DNA from: Candidatus Woesearchaeota archaeon
GTDB taxonomy: Archaea; Nanobdellota; Nanobdellia; Woesearchaeales; 21-14-0-10-32-9
Direction: 5' to 3'
DNA length: 64,000 bases
Assembly: GCA_021736975.1 (NCBI GenBank)
Contig: JAIPET010000004.1
Coordinates: forward strand, 2,008-66,007
Under the pieces are notes generated by a model. That model saw only the letters and a program-made list of their open reading frames with translations. It searched no databases and was not told the DNA's origin. The position numbers and the translations under genes were made by a program. This document shows, piece by piece, positions 9,635-20,833 of this stretch (position 1 is the first letter of the stretch; every line of letters starts with the position of its first letter).

Positions 9635-10614
9635 AAACAAAAAAAGAACTTGAATTAAAAAGCACAAGAGAAGGATTCGGAGAAGGCGTTTTGTTAGCTG
9701 CTAATCGGAACGCCGCGGTCTGGGCATTAACTGCAGATCTAGCTGGTTCAACTGGACTAGGAGCATTTCTAAAAGCATACCCAGAAAGATTTGTAGAAGT
9801 AGGTGTAGCAGAACAAAACTTAGTAACTGTAGCATCAGGCCTTGCAGCAACTGGAAAAATACCCTTTGCAACAAGCTTTGCAGCATTTTCACCAGGAAGA
9901 AACTGGGAACAAATAAAAACAACAATATGCTATAATGATCAACCAGTAATCGTAGTGGGAAGCCATACTGGTCTAGGCGTAGGCGAAGATGGCGCAACAC
10001 ACCAAATGCTAGAAGACCTCGCGATGATGCGAGCAATACCCAATATGCAAGTAATAGTGCCATGCGACTTTGAACAAGCAAAAAAAGCAACAATTGCATT
10101 AACAAAAAATCCAAAACCAACATACCTAAGACTAACAAGACAAAAACAAGAACAAATCACAACAACAAAAACAGAATTCAAAATAGGAAAAGCACAAATA
10201 CTAAAAAAAGGAAAACACCTAACCATAATAGGAACCGGACCAATACTAAACGAAGCAAAAAACGCAGCGGCCAGCGTTCAGAACGCAGAACACGGAAATA
10301 TTTCTGTTGAAATAATAAATATTCATACAATAAAACCACTAGATACAAAAACAATACTAAAATCAATAAAAAAAACAGGAAAAGTAATAACCCTAGAAGA
10401 CCACCAAATAACAGGAGGACTAGGCTCAGCAATTTCTGAACTAATAGCAGAAAATAGCAACATTCTAAACAAAGACGGAAAACTACTTAAATTCACAAGA
10501 ATAGGAGTAAAAGATTCATTTGGAGAATCAGGAACAATAGAAGAACTTTATGAAAAACATAAAATGAATGCAAAACACATCCTCTTAGAAATTAAAAAAA
10601 TCAATAAACTATGA
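9631..10614 (+). CDS. tkt: Transketolase C-terminal subunit
   Basis: VGVAEQN, GEDGATHQ, YLRLTR, TIKPLD, EDHQITGGLGS, FGESG. Confidence 0.95.
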   Translation: MKTKKELELKSTREGFGEGVLLAANRNAAVWALTADLAGSTGLGAFLKAYPERFVEVGVAEQNLVTVASGLAATGKIPFATSFAAFSPGRNWEQIKTTICYNDQPVIVVGSHTGLGVGEDGATHQMLEDLAMMRAIPNMQVIVPCDFEQAKKATIALTKNPKPTYLRLTRQKQEQITTTKTEFKIGKAQILKKGKHLTIIGTGPILNEAKNAAASVQNAEHGNISVEIINIHTIKPLDTKTILKSIKKTGKVITLEDHQITGGLGSAISELIAENSNILNKDGKLLKFTRIGVKDSFGESGTIEELYEKHKMNAKHILLEIKKINKL

Positions 10615-11247
10615 TTTATGCTCAATAAAATGCATCGCAATATCCGCTAAAGTTTTAAGAATTAAAAACACAATAAGAGAAATACTTTCTGAAAACAAAA
10701 TACCAAACATAATAATCGCATGCATAGGAACTATTCTTAAATACGGAAAAAACATCAATCTTCCAATATTAACTTTTTTTGCAGCACGTTCATGTTCTTT
10801 AAACCGATTGTAAATATAAGAAAACAAATGATGACCAAAAAAAATAAGTATTGCTAAAAAAACAAACAAAAAATCAATCTTAGAATCAACTCCTAAACTC
10901 ATCAAATTATTAAAAACAAGACCAAAAATAAGAAAAAAAAGATAACCTATATGAAATAAACCATAATGAAACGCAAAAAATAAAGCCAAAAAAATCTTAA
11001 TACCTGCACTAGGCTTGATAGGCAAATTATTTATTTTAACATTATTTGTAGAATACTCTTTTAAATTTAACATCCTAATAAAATTAAATAAACCAATAAT
11101 AACACTTTGACCCCAATAAATAAACAAAACAGTCATCAAACTCAAAGAGTCTGAAATAATAAAATAAGTAGATATAATATTTGCCATTAAAAGAGTCCAT
11201 AAAGAAATATCTAAATACCAAAACTCGCTTTGAAAATATTTATGCAT
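10609..11247 (-). CDS. Membrane protein, DUF6498-like
   Basis: YWGQSVIIG, FFAFHYGLFH, PYLRIVPMH, LKTLAD motifs. Confidence 0.7.
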   Translation of the reverse strand: MHKYFQSEFWYLDISLWTLLMANIISTYFIISDSLSLMTVLFIYWGQSVIIGLFNFIRMLNLKEYSTNNVKINNLPIKPSAGIKIFLALFFAFHYGLFHIGYLFFLIFGLVFNNLMSLGVDSKIDFLFVFLAILIFFGHHLFSYIYNRFKEHERAAKKVNIGRLMFFPYLRIVPMHAIIMFGILFSESISLIVFLILKTLADIAMHFIEHKS

Positions 11248-11358
11248 AAAATTTTATATAACTAAACAATATATAAATTTATCAGTATGACACTGGCCAT
11301 TCTTTAATAACACTTTTAAACTAAAAATAAGTCTGAACCGTATAAACTACGAAAAAAA

Positions 11359-14211
11359 ATGAAAAATCTAATAATAAAAGGCGCTCGCGAACATAACTTA
11401 AAAAATATATCTGTAGAATTACCAAGAGATAAACTAATAGTAATAACAGGCCTGTCAGGATCAGGAAAAAGCAGCCTGGCATTTGACACAATATACGCAG
11501 AAGGACAAAGAAGATACGTAGAATCATTATCAGCATACGCAAGGCAATTCTTAGGACTAATGAACAAACCAGACGTAGACTCAATAGAAGGACTATCGCC
11601 AGCCATAAGCATAGAACAAAAAACAACAAGCAAAAACCCAAGAAGCACAGTTGGAACAGTCACAGAAATATATGATTACTTAAGACTACTATATGCAAGA
11701 ATAGGAATTCCACACTGCCCAGAACACAAAATAGCAATAGAATCACAAAGCCCACAAAAAATAGCGCAAATAATAAAAGACGCAAACCAAAAGAAATCAA
11801 AAAATATTTCCGGGGTTGCTGAAAATAAATCTTCCAGCAACAAAGAACAAATAACAATACTTGCACCAATAATTTCACAAAAAAAAGGAACACATGAAAA
11901 AATAATAGAAGACCTAAACAAAGAAGGATACGCAAGAGCAAGAGTAAATAAAGAAATAATAAAAACAGACACAACGCCAAAACTAGAAAGATACAAAAAA
12001 CACGACATACAAGCAGTAATAGATAGACTAAATATTTCTGATGAACAAAGACTAACAGAAGCAATAGAAGCAGCCTTAATAAAAGGCGAAGGCAACGTAA
12101 TAATACTAGATGAAAAAGAAAAAGAAACAACATACTCCTCAAGTCATGCATGCACAAAATGCGGCCTAAGCTTTCCAGAACTACAACCAAGAATGTTCTC
12201 ATTTAACAGCCCCTTTGGAGCCTGCGAAACATGCCACGGCCTAGGCATAAAAATGGAATTTGACGAAGACCTAATACTACCAAATAAAGACCTAACAATA
12301 GCAGACGGAGCAATAGCAATATACAGAAACGCAGTAGACGGCTGGAGAGGACAATACATAGCAGCAGTAGCAAAACACCACGAATTTGACATATTCACAC
12401 CAATAAAAAACCTAAGTCAAAAAAACATAGACATAATACTATATGGCTCAACACAAAAAATGAAATTTAACATGAGCATGAAAGGCGGAGAAGCGAACTG
12501 GTCAAGCCACGGAACCTGGGAAGGCATAATTCCCCAATCAGAAAGACTATACCACCAAACAGAATCAGACTACAAACGACGCGAACTAGAAAAATTCATG
12601 AAAATAACACCCTGTCAAACCTGCAAAGGAAAACGACTAAACAAAAAAACACTATCTGTCACAATCCACAACAAATCAATAATAGACATAACAAACCTAT
12701 CAATAAACAAAGCACTAGAATTCTTCACAAAAACAAAATTCACAGAAAAAGAAACAAAAATAGCAAAACAAATACTAAAAGAAATAAACGAAAGACTAAC
12801 ATTCCTAGACAAAGTAGGACTAAACTATTTAACACTATCAAGAAACGCAGGAACCCTATCAGGCGGCGAAGCACAAAGAATACGCCTTGCCACACAAATA
12901 GGATCAAACCTAATGGGCGTACTATACGTACTTGACGAACCATCAATCGGACTACACCAAAAAGACAACCAAAAACTAATAGACACACTACACAAACTTC
13001 GAGACATAGGAAACACACTAATCGTAGTAGAACACGACGAAGACACAATAAGAAAAGCAGACTACGTCCTAGACATAGGCCCAGGCGCAGGAATACACGG
13101 CGGAGAAATAACATCCAAAGGAACACCAAAACAAAGAGAAAAAGACCCAAAAAGCATAACAGGACAATACCTATCAGGAAAACTAAAAATAAAAACCCCA
13201 AAAAAAAGAAGACAACCAAAAGAATACATAACAATGCTAGGCTGTGAAGAACACAACCTAAAAAACATAAACGTAGACATACCCCTTGGAATCCTAACAG
13301 CAATCACAGGAGTATCAGGCTCGGGAAAATCAACACTAATCTATGAAACACTATACAAAGCAATGATGAAAAAACTGCACGGCTCAAAATTAAGCGTGGG
13401 AATGCACAACGAAATAAAAAACACAGAGAAAATAGACAAAGTAATCGTAATAGACCAATCACCAATAGGAAAAACACCTAGATCCAATCCTGCAACATAC
13501 ACAAAAGTATTTGACGAAATAAGAAACATATACGCAGGAACAAAAGAAGCAAAACTACGAGGATACAAACCAGGAAGATTCTCCTTTAACGTAAAAGGAG
13601 GACGATGCGAAAACTGTCAAGGAGACGGCACAATAAAAATAGAAATGAACTTTTTACCCGACGTATATATTGAATGTGAAGAGTGCAAAGGAAAAAGATA
13701 CAATAACGAAACACTAGACGTAAGATACAAAGGAAAAACAATCGCGCAAGTCCTAGAAATGAGCGTAGAAGAAGCATTAAAATTATTTGAAAATATTACG
13801 TCAATCAGAAATAAATTAGAAACATTAAATCAAGTAGGACTAGAATACATAAAACTAGGACAAGGATCCACAACACTATCAGGCGGCGAAGCGCAAAGAA
13901 TTAAACTAACAAGAGAACTAAGCAAAAAAGCAACAGGAAAAACAATGTATCTACTTGACGAACCAACAACCGGCCTGCATTTTCACGATGTAAAAAAATT
14001 AATAAAAGTACTAGACTCACTAGTAGAAAAAGGAAACTCAATGATCGTAATAGAACATAATTTAGACGTAATAAAATCGGCAGACCACATAATAGATATA
14101 GGCCCAGAAGGCGGAGACAAAGGAGGATACATCGTAGCAGAAGGAACACCAGAACAAGTTGCAAAAAATAAAAAAAGTTATACTGGAGAATTCTTAAAAA
14201 AAGTATTGTGA
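11359..14211 (+). CDS. uvrA: Excinuclease ABC subunit A
   Basis: GAREHNLKN, two Walker A ([16 protein letters not shown]), LSGGEAQRI twice, zinc fingers. Confidence 0.99.
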   Translation: MKNLIIKGAREHNLKNISVELPRDKLIVITGLSGSGKSSLAFDTIYAEGQRRYVESLSAYARQFLGLMNKPDVDSIEGLSPAISIEQKTTSKNPRSTVGTVTEIYDYLRLLYARIGIPHCPEHKIAIESQSPQKIAQIIKDANQKKSKNISGVAENKSSSNKEQITILAPIISQKKGTHEKIIEDLNKEGYARARVNKEIIKTDTTPKLERYKKHDIQAVIDRLNISDEQRLTEAIEAALIKGEGNVIILDEKEKETTYSSSHACTKCGLSFPELQPRMFSFNSPFGACETCHGLGIKMEFDEDLILPNKDLTIADGAIAIYRNAVDGWRGQYIAAVAKHHEFDIFTPIKNLSQKNIDIILYGSTQKMKFNMSMKGGEANWSSHGTWEGIIPQSERLYHQTESDYKRRELEKFMKITPCQTCKGKRLNKKTLSVTIHNKSIIDITNLSINKALEFFTKTKFTEKETKIAKQILKEINERLTFLDKVGLNYLTLSRNAGTLSGGEAQRIRLATQIGSNLMGVLYVLDEPSIGLHQKDNQKLIDTLHKLRDIGNTLIVVEHDEDTIRKADYVLDIGPGAGIHGGEITSKGTPKQREKDPKSITGQYLSGKLKIKTPKKRRQPKEYITMLGCEEHNLKNINVDIPLGILTAITGVSGSGKSTLIYETLYKAMMKKLHGSKLSVGMHNEIKNTEKIDKVIVIDQSPIGKTPRSNPATYTKVFDEIRNIYAGTKEAKLRGYKPGRFSFNVKGGRCENCQGDGTIKIEMNFLPDVYIECEECKGKRYNNETLDVRYKGKTIAQVLEMSVEEALKLFENITSIRNKLETLNQVGLEYIKLGQGSTTLSGGEAQRIKLTRELSKKATGKTMYLLDEPTTGLHFHDVKKLIKVLDSLVEKGNSMIVIEHNLDVIKSADHIIDIGPEGGDKGGYIVAEGTPEQVAKNKKSYTGEFLKKVL

Positions 14212-14215
14212 AAAA

Positions 14216-14698
14216 ATGGAAAAAGAAAAATTGTTAAAAATTATTGCAAAAGCACACAAGCACACATATGCGGCACCAACAGAAATAAGAGAAAAACATA
14301 AATGTGAAACTCCTATTTTAGACGGTCATAAAGATTATGAATTCATTGAAGAAGAATTTAGTTATCATGATTCATACGCTGGAAATTATTGGGCTCCTGG
14401 AAGAGAAGTTGTTTTTTTCCAAAAAAAACCTATTTGGTGCATGTCTTATCAAGGACAACATAATTCAAACTATGATGATGAGTTCTTTGAAAAACAAGCA
14501 TTCATATTTCTAAAAAAAGCATTAATGAATTTTGATGAAAACATGCCTTTTAGAGGACCAAAAGAATATTCTGAAGGAGACTTCAAATATACTTTTGAAA
14601 TAGAAGGAAACTATGAATATTTTAAAGGACAAGAAAAAATATTTTACAAAGGAGAAGTCGTATTTTTTCAAGACGTCATGGGAACTTTAATAAAATAA
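14216..14698 (+). CDS. DUF5680-like conserved protein
   Basis: YHDSYAG, GREVV, PIWCMSY, PFRGP, GQEKI motifs; weaker A/C skew than neighbours. Confidence 0.7.
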   Translation: MEKEKLLKIIAKAHKHTYAAPTEIREKHKCETPILDGHKDYEFIEEEFSYHDSYAGNYWAPGREVVFFQKKPIWCMSYQGQHNSNYDDEFFEKQAFIFLKKALMNFDENMPFRGPKEYSEGDFKYTFEIEGNYEYFKGQEKIFYKGEVVFFQDVMGTLIK

Positions 14699-14712
14699 AA
14701 AATACATAAAAA

Positions 14713-16311
14713 ATGATGAAACCAGATCTAACTCAAATTCCAACAAACCCAGGATGTTATATCTATAAAAATCTTGATGGTGACATAATATACGTTGGAA
14801 AAGCAAAAAATATCAAAAAACGAGTAACAAGCTACTTTACAAAAAAGCACACCGACACCAAAAATCCTGGTGCAAGTGAAAAAACTGTGCAACTCGTAAA
14901 AAGAATAAAATACGTTGAATTTGTAATAACAAACACAGAAACAGAAGCACTGCTCTTAGAAAATAACTTAATAAAAAAACATAAACCAAAATACAACATA
15001 GACTTAAAAGATTCAAAAAGATACGCATACCTCCTTTTAACAGATGAAGAATTCCCAAGAATTCTAACAGCAAGAGATAAAAAAGAAAAAGGACAATACT
15101 TCGGACCATTCACATCAGGAGAAACACGGCTACAAATAAGAGATTTTCTAATAAAAACATTTCAAATAAGAACCTGCAAGCGATTGCCAAAAAAAGAATG
15201 TTTACGCTACCACATAGGAATATGTTCAGCGCCCTGCACACACAAAATAACAAAAGAAAAATACTTAGAAGACATAGAAAAAGCAAAACAAATACTATCA
15301 GGAAAAACAAAAGAAATCATAAAACAATTAGAATCAGAAATGAAAAAATACGCATTAGAAACAAACTATGAAGCAGCAAAACATAAAAAAAATCAAATAG
15401 ACGCCCTACTATACTTAGATGAAAAACAAAACATGGAACGAAACAGAAAATACAATGAAGACATACTAAACTTTGTTATAAAACAAGACAAAGTATATTT
15501 AATGGTCTTTAATATCTACAAAGGAATACTAGAAAACAAAGAAGAATATATATTTGAAAATGAAGAAGACTTTCTAGAAAAATTCTTAATACAATACTAC
15601 GATGAGAAAGAAATACCAAAAGAAATCATATTGCCTAAAGAAATAAACGATGGAGTAAAAAAAGAATTACAAACACAAAAACTAACATTAAAAACAAACA
15701 CAAAAAAAGAAAAATTAAAATTTACTGTCCCGGAAATAGGAGAAAAAAAACAACTACTAAATCTAATACTAAAAAACATAGAAAATGCATATTTCTTAGA
15801 AGATGATACGCTTGAAGAATTACAAAAAGAACTAAAATTACATGAAACGCCAGAAATAATAGAATGCTTTGATATCTCGCACTTATCAGGAACATCAACA
15901 GTAGCGTCAATGGTGCAATTCAAAAATGCAAAAACAGACAAAAACAACTACCGACGATTCAAAATAAGAACAGTAGAAGGAATAGACGACTTTGCATCAA
16001 TAGCAGAAGTAGTAAGAAGAAGATATACAAAACTAAAAACAGATAATCTTCAAATGCCAAACCTAATCGTAATAGACGGAGGAAAAGGCCAACTAAGTGC
16101 CGCAATAAAAGAACTAGAAAAACTAAGACTAAATACACCAATAATAAGTTTAGCAAAAAGAGAAGAAGAAATATTTATGCCAGGAAACCCAAAACCAATA
16201 ATACTAAACAAAAAATCAAAATCATTAAAACTATTACAAAGAATAAGAGATGAAGCGCACAGGTTCGCAATAACATATAATAGAAACTTAAGAAAGAAAG
16301 AAATCAAATAA
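14713..16311 (+). CDS. uvrC: Excinuclease ABC subunit C (ends before the HhH domain)
   Basis: PGCYIY...IYVGKAKN GIY-YIG, IECFDISH, PNLIVIDGGKGQL, RDEAHRFA. Confidence 0.97.
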   Translation: MMKPDLTQIPTNPGCYIYKNLDGDIIYVGKAKNIKKRVTSYFTKKHTDTKNPGASEKTVQLVKRIKYVEFVITNTETEALLLENNLIKKHKPKYNIDLKDSKRYAYLLLTDEEFPRILTARDKKEKGQYFGPFTSGETRLQIRDFLIKTFQIRTCKRLPKKECLRYHIGICSAPCTHKITKEKYLEDIEKAKQILSGKTKEIIKQLESEMKKYALETNYEAAKHKKNQIDALLYLDEKQNMERNRKYNEDILNFVIKQDKVYLMVFNIYKGILENKEEYIFENEEDFLEKFLIQYYDEKEIPKEIILPKEINDGVKKELQTQKLTLKTNTKKEKLKFTVPEIGEKKQLLNLILKNIENAYFLEDDTLEELQKELKLHETPEIIECFDISHLSGTSTVASMVQFKNAKTDKNNYRRFKIRTVEGIDDFASIAEVVRRRYTKLKTDNLQMPNLIVIDGGKGQLSAAIKELEKLRLNTPIISLAKREEEIFMPGNPKPIILNKKSKSLKLLQRIRDEAHRFAITYNRNLRKKEIK

Positions 16312-16374
16312 GATAAACTGGAAAAACAAAAATTCAAATAAAAAACAAGTTTTTTGAGAATTTAATTTAATAAA

Positions 16375-18309
16375 ATGAAATTCAATCTAAAATCAGATTA
16401 TGAACCGAAAGGAGATCAACCAACAGCAATCAAAGAATTAGTTAGCGGAATAAAAAATAAAGACAAATATCAAACGCTCCTTGGCGTTACCGGATCTGGA
16501 AAAACATTTACAGTTGCAAACATAATTAATGAAGTTCAAAAACCAACAATTGTTCTAGCACACAATAAAACCCTAGCAGCGCAGCTTTACAACGAATTAA
16601 AAGAATTATTTCCAGAAAATAGAGTTGAATATTTTGTTTCTTATTACGATTATTACCAACCAGAAAGTTACATTCCAAGTAAAGATCAGTACATAGAAAA
16701 AGATGCGCAAATAAATGAATCATTAGAGCGAATGAGACTTGCTACAACTGCTTCACTTTCGCAACGAAAAGATGTTATTGTTGTAGCGTCAGTATCTGCT
16801 ATTTACGGCCTTGGAGATCCAAAAGATTTCGTGAAAATGGGTTTTGAAATAAAAGTAGGCGAAAAAATAGAAAGAAAAAAACTTCTTACAAAATTGATAA
16901 ATGCACAATATGAAAGAAACGATATGGAATTAATGTCGGGAAGATTCAGAGTAAAGGGCGACACAATAGATTTTGTTCCAAGCTATGGACAAAACACAAT
17001 CAGAATAGAAATGTTCGGAGACGAAATAGAGAGTATGAAAGAAATACATAAAGTAGACTCAAAAATAATTGATTCAATGAACTATTTATATGTTTACCCT
17101 GCAAAACATTTTGTTATGCCAGAATCAAAAATAAAACAAGCAATGAAATCAATACAAAAAGAACTTGATAAAAGATTGCCAGAATTAGATATTGTAGAAG
17201 CGCAAAGACTCAAACAAAGAACACTTTATGACATAGAGATGATAGAAGAAACAGGATTTTGCAAAGGAATAGAAAATTATTCTCTTCACTTTGAAAACCG
17301 CAAAAGCGGAGAACCACCATTTTGTCTACTAAATTATTTTCCAGAAAATTTCTTAATAATAATAGATGAAAGCCATCAAACATTGCCGCAATACAAAGCA
17401 ATGTATAAAGGTGATAGATCAAGAAAACAAAACCTAGTAGACTACGGATTTAGACTTCCAAGTGCACTAGATAATAGACCATTAAAATTTGAAGAATTTG
17501 AAAAAATACTAGAAAAAAATCAAACAATATTTGTATCCGCAACGCCAGCAGAATACGAAATAACAAAATCAAATAAAATAGCAGAACAAATAATAAGACC
17601 AACAGGTCTACTGGATCCAGTAGTTAATGTGCATCCAATCAGTGGACAAATTGAAGACTTGAAAAATGAAATACAACAAACAATTAAAAAAGGATTCAGA
17701 GCTTTAGTAACGACCCTAACAAAAAAATTAGCAGAAGAACTAACAGAATACTTATCAAAACAAGGAATAAAAACAAGATACTTACATTCAGATATTGAAA
17801 CGCTTGAACGAACAGAACTAATAAGACAACTAAGACTTGGCAAATTTGATGTATTGGTTGGAATAAACCTATTAAGAGAAGGACTAGATATTCCTGAAGT
17901 TGGATTTATCGGGATAATGGATGCAGATAAAGAAGGATTCTTAAGAAATACGAGAAGCCTAATACAAATAATAGGAAGAGCTGCAAGAAACTCAGAATCA
18001 CACGTAACGCTATATGCAGATAAAATGACTGATTCAATAAAACAAGCACTAAAAGAAACAAATAGAAGACGAGAAAAACAAATACGATTCAACAAAGAAC
18101 ATAATATAACTCCAAAAACAATCATAAAAAAAATAAGAGAAAAAGAAGTCGATATTAAAGACACAAAACATATTCCAAAAGGAGATATACCAAAAATGCT
18201 GATAAATATAGAAATGGATATGCGTGCAGCAGCAGATAATTTAGATTTTGAAGAAGCAATAAAATTAAGAGAAAAACTTTTAAACCTAAAAAAAAGAATA
18301 GAATTATGA
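16375..18309 (+). CDS. uvrB: Excinuclease ABC subunit B
   Basis: GVTGSGKT, YYDYYQPE, DESH, GINLLREGLD, GRAARN, C-terminal UVR domain. Confidence 0.99.
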   Translation: MKFNLKSDYEPKGDQPTAIKELVSGIKNKDKYQTLLGVTGSGKTFTVANIINEVQKPTIVLAHNKTLAAQLYNELKELFPENRVEYFVSYYDYYQPESYIPSKDQYIEKDAQINESLERMRLATTASLSQRKDVIVVASVSAIYGLGDPKDFVKMGFEIKVGEKIERKKLLTKLINAQYERNDMELMSGRFRVKGDTIDFVPSYGQNTIRIEMFGDEIESMKEIHKVDSKIIDSMNYLYVYPAKHFVMPESKIKQAMKSIQKELDKRLPELDIVEAQRLKQRTLYDIEMIEETGFCKGIENYSLHFENRKSGEPPFCLLNYFPENFLIIIDESHQTLPQYKAMYKGDRSRKQNLVDYGFRLPSALDNRPLKFEEFEKILEKNQTIFVSATPAEYEITKSNKIAEQIIRPTGLLDPVVNVHPISGQIEDLKNEIQQTIKKGFRALVTTLTKKLAEELTEYLSKQGIKTRYLHSDIETLERTELIRQLRLGKFDVLVGINLLREGLDIPEVGFIGIMDADKEGFLRNTRSLIQIIGRAARNSESHVTLYADKMTDSIKQALKETNRRREKQIRFNKEHNITPKTIIKKIREKEVDIKDTKHIPKGDIPKMLINIEMDMRAAADNLDFEEAIKLREKLLNLKKRIEL

Positions 18310-19316
18310 ACAACATAATCCTAGAAAAACATTCAAACCACAAATTCTCAGAAAATATTCTTTGCTTAGATATAGGCGGAACAATAACACAAATAGGAAT
18401 AATAGGAATAAAAAACAAAGAACCCTATTTGGCATACTCAACAGACATCTGGACGAATGAAATAAAAAACATTTATTCATTCACAGAACAAATAATAACT
18501 TTTGTAAAAAAAGAATTACAAATAACAATAAAAAAAACAGCAATCGCAATAGCAGGACCAATAAACAAAGACAAAACAAAAGCACACCAAACAAATAACA
18601 ACATAAAAATAAACATAAAAGAACTAAAAAAGAAACAAAAGCAAGAAAAAACAATACTACTAAATGACTTTGAAGCACTCGGATACAGCATAAACTTAAT
18701 ACACAAACAAAAAAACCAAAAACCGATAGCACTAATAGGAACAGGAACGGGCCTTGGCAAAACACTGCTAATACATAACGGAAAATATTACGAACCAATG
18801 CCAAGCGAAGGATGCTTTGCAGACTTTCCAATAACAAACAAAGAAGAAATAGAACTAGCAAAACAAATAACAAAAGGAAAAAGAAACTTACAACAAGAAG
18901 ACATACTAAGCGGACGAGGAATAGCACACATATACGACTTTTTAAGATCACAAAAAAAAATAAAAGAATCAGAATTCACAAAAAAAATAGATGAATCAAA
19001 AGACAAAATCTACGAAATAGTAAAACACAAAAGACACGACAAAACATGCATAGAAACATACAAAGAATTCTCAAAATATTTAGCAAGAATCGTAAAAAAC
19101 TACGCACTTGAAACACTACCCTACGACGGAATATACCTAGGAGGTGGAATCATAACAAGAAACCCCGAAACAATAGGAAAAGAATTCTTCAAAGAACTAA
19201 ACAACCTAGATAAAAACCAAAAAGAAATAATAAAAGGCATACCCATAAACGTATTACCACAAAAAGAAGCAAGCCTACTAGGGTTAGCGTTTGCAATGAT
19301 ACATACAAACTTATGA
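18306..19316 (+). CDS. glk: Glucokinase (bacterial Glk type)
   Basis: DIGGT, AIAGP, LLNDFEA, GTGTGLG, PSEG, LSGRG, GIYLGGGI. Confidence 0.88.
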   Translation: MNNIILEKHSNHKFSENILCLDIGGTITQIGIIGIKNKEPYLAYSTDIWTNEIKNIYSFTEQIITFVKKELQITIKKTAIAIAGPINKDKTKAHQTNNNIKINIKELKKKQKQEKTILLNDFEALGYSINLIHKQKNQKPIALIGTGTGLGKTLLIHNGKYYEPMPSEGCFADFPITNKEEIELAKQITKGKRNLQQEDILSGRGIAHIYDFLRSQKKIKESEFTKKIDESKDKIYEIVKHKRHDKTCIETYKEFSKYLARIVKNYALETLPYDGIYLGGGIITRNPETIGKEFFKELNNLDKNQKEIIKGIPINVLPQKEASLLGLAFAMIHTNL

Positions 19317-19574
19317 TTTTTTATAAACTCTGTTTCTCTTATCTATTTTTGCAATTGCAACAAAATTAAGTTCATACAATATTGTGTAAATAACTCTATA
19401 TTTGCCTATTCTAATCCTAAAAAAAGAACCTTTTTTTCCAACAAGTCTTTTTGCATCAGACGGAATAGGATCATATATCAATTTATCACAAGCAGAAAAT
19501 AACATTTTTCTATCTATTGAATTTATTTTTTTCATAGATTTTTTAGCAACAGAGTAAAATTCAATTTTTAGCAT
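19311..19574 (-). CDS. RelE/ParE-family toxin
   Basis: KRLVG...FRIRIGKYRVIY...IDKRNRVY; start taken at MLKIEF (19574). Confidence 0.88.
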   Translation of the reverse strand: MLKIEFYSVAKKSMKKINSIDRKMLFSACDKLIYDPIPSDAKRLVGKKGSFFRIRIGKYRVIYTILYELNFVAIAKIDKRNRVYKKS

Positions 19575-19776
19575 TCTGCAGCTCCTGCCGCAAATCTTCA
19601 AGCGAAGTCGTTTTACCCTCTTTGACTTCTTTTAAGACTTCTTCATATAGATTTTCTTCTTCCGGAGTCATTTTTTCATCCAACATCTCTTTTTCTAAGA
19701 TGCTAACTCTTTTTTTAATATTTTCAAGCTCCTTAATTACGTCTTCATTTCTCATAATACTTAGATTTGCAACCAT
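19561..19776 (-). CDS. Cognate antitoxin (RelB-like)
   Basis: Small acidic ORF ending EVKEGKTTSLEDL, overlapping the toxin start. Confidence 0.78.
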   Translation of the reverse strand: MVANLSIMRNEDVIKELENIKKRVSILEKEMLDEKMTPEEENLYEEVLKEVKEGKTTSLEDLRQELQNAKN

Positions 19777-19954
19777 AAATATATATTTTATGGAAATCTA
19801 TATAAAAATCCCATTGACAACTGTCCTGTGAAGTATTTTCTCGTCACGAAATATTTACTAAATGACTTATGAATTTTTTCGAACCATAACATTTATTAAT
19901 AACCTCCATTTGATAAAATTCACAGAAAAAAAAGAAACACAAGAGGCAATATAA

Positions 19955-20830
19955 ATGAAAATATTCTTAGATTCAGCAGACATAGACGAAATAAAAGAAG
20001 CATATTCATACGGAATAATAGATGGAATAACAACTAATCCAAGCCTAATAAAAAAAGCAGTAGATACAAGAATTACAAAAGGCGAAAAAATAGATATGAA
20101 AAAATATATCACAGAAATTCTAAAAGTAGCAAAAGGAACACCAGTCAGTTTAGAAGTAACAGAAACAACATACGACCGTATGATTCATCAAGGAAGAAAA
20201 CTGTACAAAACATTTAATCCGATTGCAAAGAATGTCGTAATAAAAATACCAATAAATACAGCATTCACAGATTCTGACGATAGACAAATGGACGGCATAA
20301 GAACAATAGCAACACTTAGCAAAGAAAAAATACCAATAAATTGCACACTAATATTCACACCAGAACAAGCACTACTAGCAGCAAAAGCAGGAGCAAAATA
20401 CGTAAGCCCATTTGCAGGAAGAATAGATGATGAAATTCGAGATTTAAACAGAATAAAATACGAAAAACACGACTATTTCCCTTTAGAAGGATTAGAAAAA
20501 GGAAAAGTTCTAGAAGATAATGGCGTAGTATCAGGAATAGACCTAATAGAACAATGCATAGACATAATAGACATGTACGAACTAGAAACAGAAGTTCTTG
20601 GTGCTTCAATAAGGAATGCAAGACAAACAAGAGAATGTGCACTTGCAGGAGCAGACATCGCAACTTTACCACTAAACGTAATACAAGACTTATTAAAACA
20701 TCACAAAACATACGAAGGCATGCAAAAATTCACAAAAGACATAGTAATAGAATACATGCACTTAATGAACGGATTTAAAAAAGAAAATACTAAAAAAAAC
20801 ACAAAAAGAAATAAATTCAAGAAAAAATAA
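19955..20830 (+). CDS. tal: Transaldolase (short TalC/FSA type, with insertion)
   Basis: FLDSA, GITTNPSL, VVIKIP, NCTLIF, YVSPFAGRIDD, ASIRN. Confidence 0.93.
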   Translation: MKIFLDSADIDEIKEAYSYGIIDGITTNPSLIKKAVDTRITKGEKIDMKKYITEILKVAKGTPVSLEVTETTYDRMIHQGRKLYKTFNPIAKNVVIKIPINTAFTDSDDRQMDGIRTIATLSKEKIPINCTLIFTPEQALLAAKAGAKYVSPFAGRIDDEIRDLNRIKYEKHDYFPLEGLEKGKVLEDNGVVSGIDLIEQCIDIIDMYELETEVLGASIRNARQTRECALAGADIATLPLNVIQDLLKHHKTYEGMQKFTKDIVIEYMHLMNGFKKENTKKNTKRNKFKKK

Positions 20831-20833
20831 AAA

